Below are positions 59,456 through 64,000 of a stretch of 64,000 nucleotides of DNA, piece by piece. The stretch covers positions 93,316 through 157,315 of the forward strand of contig CAYVHI010000001.1 of assembly GCA_964450945.1 (NCBI GenBank). Reading direction: 5' to 3'. A model generated the notes under the pieces. That model made no database searches, was not told the DNA's origin, and saw nothing but the letters and a program-made list of their open reading frames with translations. Source of the stretch: an uncultured Rickettsiales bacterium. Lineage in GTDB: Bacteria > Pseudomonadota > Alphaproteobacteria > Rickettsiales > JABDBP01. The translations under genes were made by a program, and so were the position numbers. Within the stretch, counting starts at the first letter, position 1. Every line of letters begins with the position of its first letter.

Positions 59456-59820
59456 ACATGATTTATAGGGAATTCTTGTGGATAAGTGAATAGGTTTTCC
59501 ACAGCCGGATATTTATCCCCGACAACTAAAAAATTAAAAGCCCAGTTATAGACATGTTGATATATTTTTTTACTACATGTTAAATAGGTTGATACTTTCA
59601 TGAACATAAATCTATCAACATTAACAACATTATAATTTTTTTATTAAAAACTAGTATATTAGAAATTTACATATATAAGTTATCAACATATTTATATTAA
59701 GATAAAAACTCATTAAAAAATTTTTAATATTGTTAATTTAATGTGGATATTATTTAATCCACACAAAAAATATTACCTACTAACTACTAAAACTCTTTTT
59801 AAATTTAAAATATATATTAA
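59456..59820. other. probable chromosomal replication origin (oriC)
   Basis: A 365-bp, ~80% AT spacer next to hemE, the classic alphaproteobacterial origin position. It holds one perfect DnaA box (TGTGGATAA, 59477-59485) and four one-mismatch boxes (59495-59503, 59680-59688, 59742-59750, 59755-59763), plus one TTAA-N7-TTAA motif (59713-59727). Confidence 0.75.
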
Positions 59821-60858
59821 GTGATAAAGCCTTTCTTAAAAACCCTATCTGGAGAAAAAACAGAAAAACCTCCTGTCTGGATAATGAGACAGGCAGGAAG
59901 ATATTTGCCTGAATATAATGAAACTAGAAAAAAAGCAGGTGGATTTTTAAATCTTTGCTATACACCGGAACTTGCAGCAGAAGTAACACTACAACCAATA
60001 AGAAGATTTGGTATGGATGCGGCAATAATTTTTTCAGACATACTAGTGATACCTCATGCGCTTGGAATAAATGTTGAATACCACGAAGGAAAAGGACCAT
60101 TACTTACAACCACAAGAAATTTATCTGAAATAAATAAACTAAACACAAAAAATATTTCTGAAAAATTATCTCCGGTCGGTGAAGCTATAAAAATAGTTGC
60201 TAGGGAACTGCCAAAACAAACAGCGCTGATAGGATTTGCCGGAGCCCCATGGACTGTTGCTACATACATGATCGAAGGCGGATCATCTAAGAATTTTGAA
60301 GAGGCAAAAAAACTTGCTTACACAGAACCAAAAACATTTAAGAGGATGCTTGGAATTATTATTGATGCAACTTCAGAATATCTTTCCATGCAGATAAATT
60401 CTGGTGCGGAAGTAATACAGATTTTTGATTCATGGGCGGGAGTCCTGACGGAAGATGAATTTAAAAAATGGGTTATAAAACCAACATCAGAGATTGTTAA
60501 AACAATAAAAGAAAAACACCCGCAGGTAAAAATAATAGGGTTCCCGAAAGGAGCAGGATTATTATATAAACAATATATAAAAAACACGAGGATAGATGCG
60601 GTGGGCATGGATATTAACCTGCCACTGAAATGGGCAAAACAGAACTTACAGAAAAAAATTCCTGTGCAAGGAAATCTTGACCCGGTATTGCTTGCGTCTG
60701 ACAAAGAGGCAGCCTGCCGCCAGGCAGAAAGAATAATAAATAATTTTTCTGGTGGGCCACACATCTTTAATTTGGGTCACGGCATATTACCGCACACGCC
60801 TGTAGATAACGTGAAGGCTTTAATTGATACGGTAAGAAAATTTAACGCACGCGCCTAG
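59821..60858 (+). CDS. hemE: uroporphyrinogen decarboxylase
   Basis: GTG start, with PVWIMRQAGRYLPEY and a full-length HemE-like sequence. Confidence 0.92.
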   Translation: MIKPFLKTLSGEKTEKPPVWIMRQAGRYLPEYNETRKKAGGFLNLCYTPELAAEVTLQPIRRFGMDAAIIFSDILVIPHALGINVEYHEGKGPLLTTTRNLSEINKLNTKNISEKLSPVGEAIKIVARELPKQTALIGFAGAPWTVATYMIEGGSSKNFEEAKKLAYTEPKTFKRMLGIIIDATSEYLSMQINSGAEVIQIFDSWAGVLTEDEFKKWVIKPTSEIVKTIKEKHPQVKIIGFPKGAGLLYKQYIKNTRIDAVGMDINLPLKWAKQNLQKKIPVQGNLDPVLLASDKEAACRQAERIINNFSGGPHIFNLGHGILPHTPVDNVKALIDTVRKFNARA

Positions 60859-61441
60859 GTGGCGGGGGCGGACCACGGTGCGGCTCAAGCTCTTCCTGCT
60901 TCTCAAGCGTTATAAGCATGCTGGCAAAAGCTTTTATAAGAAGATCAAGATTTTTTCTTTCTTCTCTGAATTTATCAGATGGTGCCATTGCGCGCAGGCA
61001 CATCACCAATACCGGAAAAGGATCATCTTCTTGCCTGAGGTTTGGCTTTAGCGAACTAGCTGGCCTTCCGGTTAATTCGAGAAGATCAGACGAATTCATT
61101 AAATTAAAAGAACTGACAGCGCGGCAGATTCTGTCCATTGCTTTTTCCAGATCCTCTGTTTCAGGCAAAGACAGGGAGATGGTTGCCATGCTGGTGCTGC
61201 CAAATAACCGGGCTTTTGCATAAGCGACAGCGATATCCTCCGCAACCAGCCTTCCCTGCTCATTTATGGGTGTAAAAAATTTATTCCTGATAAAATGGCA
61301 TATATTGGCAAGGTTTCCTTCGTCCGCAAGGTTAGAGGAATTCCTTTCAGGAGCTTTATCACGAAAAAACTTTCTTATTTGTTCAAACCTGTCGCCGTCC
61401 ATAAAATGCTTTCCATTTACCTCACTATACCTTAAAAGCAT
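60842..61441 (-). CDS. hypothetical protein
   Basis: 199-aa ORF between hemE and hemH whose 3' end overlaps hemE by 17 nt. It ends in a Pro-rich tail. No family recognised. Confidence 0.4.
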   Translation of the reverse strand: MLLRYSEVNGKHFMDGDRFEQIRKFFRDKAPERNSSNLADEGNLANICHFIRNKFFTPINEQGRLVAEDIAVAYAKARLFGSTSMATISLSLPETEDLEKAMDRICRAVSSFNLMNSSDLLELTGRPASSLKPNLRQEDDPFPVLVMCLRAMAPSDKFREERKNLDLLIKAFASMLITLEKQEELEPHRGPPPPPRRVR

Positions 61442-61447
61442 TAAAAA

Positions 61448-62458
61448 ATGGTAAAGAAAGTAGCGGTAATTTTATTTAATCTCGGCGGGCCTGACGGGCC
61501 AGAAGCGGTGAAGCCATTTCTTTTCAATTTATTTTATGACTCCGCAATAATAAAGCTTCCCAACCCTTTCCGCTTTCTTATAGCAAAACTCATCTCATCA
61601 AGAAGAGAACAGACAGCAAAAGATATTTATGAAAAAATCGGCGGCAGATCGCCAATTCTCGAGCTTACAAGAAAACAGGCTGAAGCATTAGAAAAAGAAC
61701 TGGGAGATGGATATAAAACTTTTGTATCTATGCGCTACTCAAGGCCGTTTGCAAAAGATGTGGCAGAAGAAGTGAAGAAATATAATCCTGATGAAACAAT
61801 ATTGCTGCCGCTATATCCGCAATACTCTTCAACCACCACAGCTTCTTCAGTGAGGGACTGGAAAAAAACGGGAAGGTCTGGAAAAGTAATCTGCTGCTAT
61901 CCGACTGAAGAAAACTTCATAGAGGCGCATACCGAACTTATAAAGCCTGAGTACGAAGAGGCAAAAAAATATGGCGTCCCCAGAATACTTTTTTCTGCCC
62001 ACGGGCTGCCGGAAAAAATAATAAATGAAGGTGACCCATATAAAGAGCAGGTGGAAATGACAGTGGGAAAGATTGTTAAGAAGCTGGACATAAAAGACCT
62101 TGATTATGTTACCTGCTACCAAAGCCGGGTTGGTCCGCTTAAGTGGATAGAGCCATATACTGACAGGGAAATACTCCGCGCAGCGGAAGATAAGAAGCCG
62201 ATAGTTATTGTGCCGGTTGCATTTGTCTCTGAGCATTCGGAAACTTTGGTCGAGCTTGATATTGAATATAAAAAGCTTGCGGAAGAAAAGGGCATGAGAA
62301 ATTATTTTCGCATACCCGCACTTGGCGTGAATGAGAAGTTTATTGAGGCGCTAAAAAAACTTGTTGTTGCAGCGGAAACAAATAGTGCTAAAGTCTGTTC
62401 CGGAGAGGGAAAAAGAACCTGTAACAAAGATAAAAAACTTTGTCCCTGTGTAAGTTAA
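61448..62458 (+). CDS. hemH: ferrochelatase
   Basis: VILFNLGGPD N-terminus, LPLYPQYSSTT, and FSAHGLP. Confidence 0.92.
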   Translation: MVKKVAVILFNLGGPDGPEAVKPFLFNLFYDSAIIKLPNPFRFLIAKLISSRREQTAKDIYEKIGGRSPILELTRKQAEALEKELGDGYKTFVSMRYSRPFAKDVAEEVKKYNPDETILLPLYPQYSSTTTASSVRDWKKTGRSGKVICCYPTEENFIEAHTELIKPEYEEAKKYGVPRILFSAHGLPEKIINEGDPYKEQVEMTVGKIVKKLDIKDLDYVTCYQSRVGPLKWIEPYTDREILRAAEDKKPIVIVPVAFVSEHSETLVELDIEYKKLAEEKGMRNYFRIPALGVNEKFIEALKKLVVAAETNSAKVCSGEGKRTCNKDKKLCPCVS

Positions 62459-62459
62459 T

Positions 62460-62891
62460 ATGGCGGAATATTATCTCATATTTAAAGCGCTGCACATAAT
62501 ATCGGTTATTTCATGGATGGCCGGAATGTTCTACCTTCCGAGGCTTTTTGTCTACCACTGCCAGGCAAAGCCGGGTTCGGAAATGTCGGAAAAATTCAAG
62601 ATCATGGAAAAAAGACTGCTCCGCATAATTATAAATCCTGCCATGTTTGCATCTTTGTTCACCGGCATAATGCTTATGTATATAGCTGAGCCATATAGGC
62701 AAGGATGGTTCCATGCCAAAGGATTTTTGCTAGTACTCATGTTTTTATCGCATGGCATAATGGCGCGCTGCCGACGCAAATTCGAAAAAGATGAAAATAA
62801 AATGTCTGAAAAGTTCTACCGGATACTGAATGAAGTTCCAACGGTGCTTATGGTGATAATAGTGTTTCTTGCGGTAATGAAGCCATTTTAG
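62460..62891 (+). CDS. hemJ: protoporphyrinogen IX oxidase HemJ
   Basis: 143-aa membrane protein with KALHIISVISWMAGMFYLPRLFVYH, located after hemH. Confidence 0.8.
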   Translation: MAEYYLIFKALHIISVISWMAGMFYLPRLFVYHCQAKPGSEMSEKFKIMEKRLLRIIINPAMFASLFTGIMLMYIAEPYRQGWFHAKGFLLVLMFLSHGIMARCRRKFEKDENKMSEKFYRILNEVPTVLMVIIVFLAVMKPF

Positions 62892-62901
62892 GAGATAGTT
62901 T

Positions 62902-63249
62902 ATGAGAAAAATATTTTACCTTCTTCTGACAATAGCTCTTAGCCTGGAGATTGCCGCCTGCTTTCCGGTTCTTGTGGCTGGCGCTGGAGCGGGAGGATAT
63001 TATGTTGGTAAAGATGACAGAAGTGTTGGTGTGATAGCTGACGATGCCGCCATTACTGCAAAAATAAAATCAATCTATGTTTTGGATGACCATATAAAGG
63101 CTCTTGATATTAATGTTGATACTTATGAAGGGGTGGTAACCCTCTATGGTAGCGTGCCAAGAAGTTCTGTAGAAGATAGGGCAGTGGATATCGCTAAAAA
63201 CGCAAGTGGCGTGAAACGCGTGGTATCAAAAATAACAGTTGTTGATTAA
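62902..63249 (+). CDS. BON-domain lipoprotein
   Basis: Lipobox IAAC and a single BON domain (VDTYEGVVTLYGSVPS...GVKRVVSKITV). Confidence 0.7.
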   Translation: MRKIFYLLLTIALSLEIAACFPVLVAGAGAGGYYVGKDDRSVGVIADDAAITAKIKSIYVLDDHIKALDINVDTYEGVVTLYGSVPRSSVEDRAVDIAKNASGVKRVVSKITVVD

Positions 63250-63273
63250 TTTAAAATAACGCCAACCTAAAAA

Positions 63274-64000
63274 CTAATCATCTTTCTGAGTAGAGGCGCC
63301 GCCTATATCTTGCCGCCCAACCGGAGGAAGTTTTCTCTCAGGTGGTAAGGCAATTCTTATGTTAAGATCGTCTCCTAGTCCTTGGAGTAATTGTGCCGGA
63401 GTTTTGCCGGTTTCTACTATAAATCTTTTTGCGAGTGCGGAAAGAAATGCTTCTGGAGTTACTCCGAGCTGGCACGCTACATATTGGGTAACCGCACCCA
63501 CAACATCCCCGAGTTCAAAACCATTATTTAACATTTCAAGCAGAATCTGATGATTTTGTAGTCCGGCGGCATGGCCAAGAGCTACAATTGCATCCATCTC
63601 TCTTGCCCGATGGCCAGCCAGAAGTTCGCGGCCAGGAGTTGCTAGCCTCTGAAGATCTGCTTGGTCTGGCAATAAAGTTTCATCGAAGCCTGGTCCGGCG
63701 GCGGTGAGCAGCCTTTCAGGTTCTGCTGAAATGAAATACTGGACTTCTTTTGCGTACTCTTCCAGCCTTCCCCTTACCGTTGATCTTCTGTAAAGGATAT
63801 CATTATGATCTATATGCCTTCCCCTTAAATCTTCAGCTAACTCTTGAGGAAGCTGTTCTCTTACTCTTTTTGATATTCTAAGGTTCTGGCCGGCACTCAA
63901 TAGATCAGAGATTTCCGTTCCTTCTTTAAGGGCGCCAAGGTCGTTACAGGCGCAACATAAAGAAAGAATGGACGGTAATAAGAATTGGGCGTTCCCTGTA
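63274..64000 (-). CDS. hypothetical protein, 5' end outside the window
   Basis: By manual translation the frame stays open from 63274 to the window edge (…LSLCCACNDLGALKEGTEISDLLSAGQNL…). The TTG at 63900 in the track is probably internal. No family recognised. Confidence 0.45.
   Translation of the reverse strand, partial: TGNAQFLLPSILSLCCACNDLGALKEGTEISDLLSAGQNLRISKRVREQLPQELAEDLRGRHIDHNDILYRRSTVRGRLEEYAKEVQYFISAEPERLLTAAGPGFDETLLPDQADLQRLATPGRELLAGHRAREMDAIVALGHAAGLQNHQILLEMLNNGFELGDVVGAVTQYVACQLGVTPEAFLSALAKRFIVETGKTPAQLLQGLGDDLNIRIALPPERKLPPVGRQDIGGASTQKDD

Overview
The window is a 64-kb chromosomal segment of an AT-rich (about 40% GC) alphaproteobacterium with Rickettsiales/Holosporales-like gene content. 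It spans the probable replication origin. Housekeeping backbone: valS, ileS, gpsA, comM/yifB, mnmE, mnmG-rsmG-parA-parB (two perfect parS palindromes), holA, lptE, leuS, a porin, yggS, metX/metW, topA, dprA, plsY, cspA, tRNA-Leu(UAA), guaB, metE, secB, then dnaQ-coaE-aroE-PDRP | AT-rich oriC with DnaA boxes | hemE-hemH-hemJ. Accessory content: a bufferin-type MNIO RiPP operon (DUF2282 precursor, DUF692, DUF2063, Cys-rich DoxX); a large RTX repeat protein next to a sulfotransferase; two sets of tandem paralogous lineage-specific proteins; and orphan ORFs wedged into conserved operons (metX-orf-metW, lptE-pfkB-holA, mnmE-orf-mnmG, hemE-orf-hemH). The most unusual feature is a ~1.5-kb cassette at 49.8-51.4 kb between guaB and metE. 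It is foreign in GC and codon usage and has a long structured leader. It encodes three small proteins I cannot assign to a family, separated by a perfectly duplicated 76-bp twin-hairpin element. A second short patch with the same composition (small ORF plus terminator) lies at 1-306. I saw no rRNA, CRISPR array, transposase or integrase. All calls come from reading the sequence and the ORF track by eye; no searches were run, and family assignments rest on recognised motifs.
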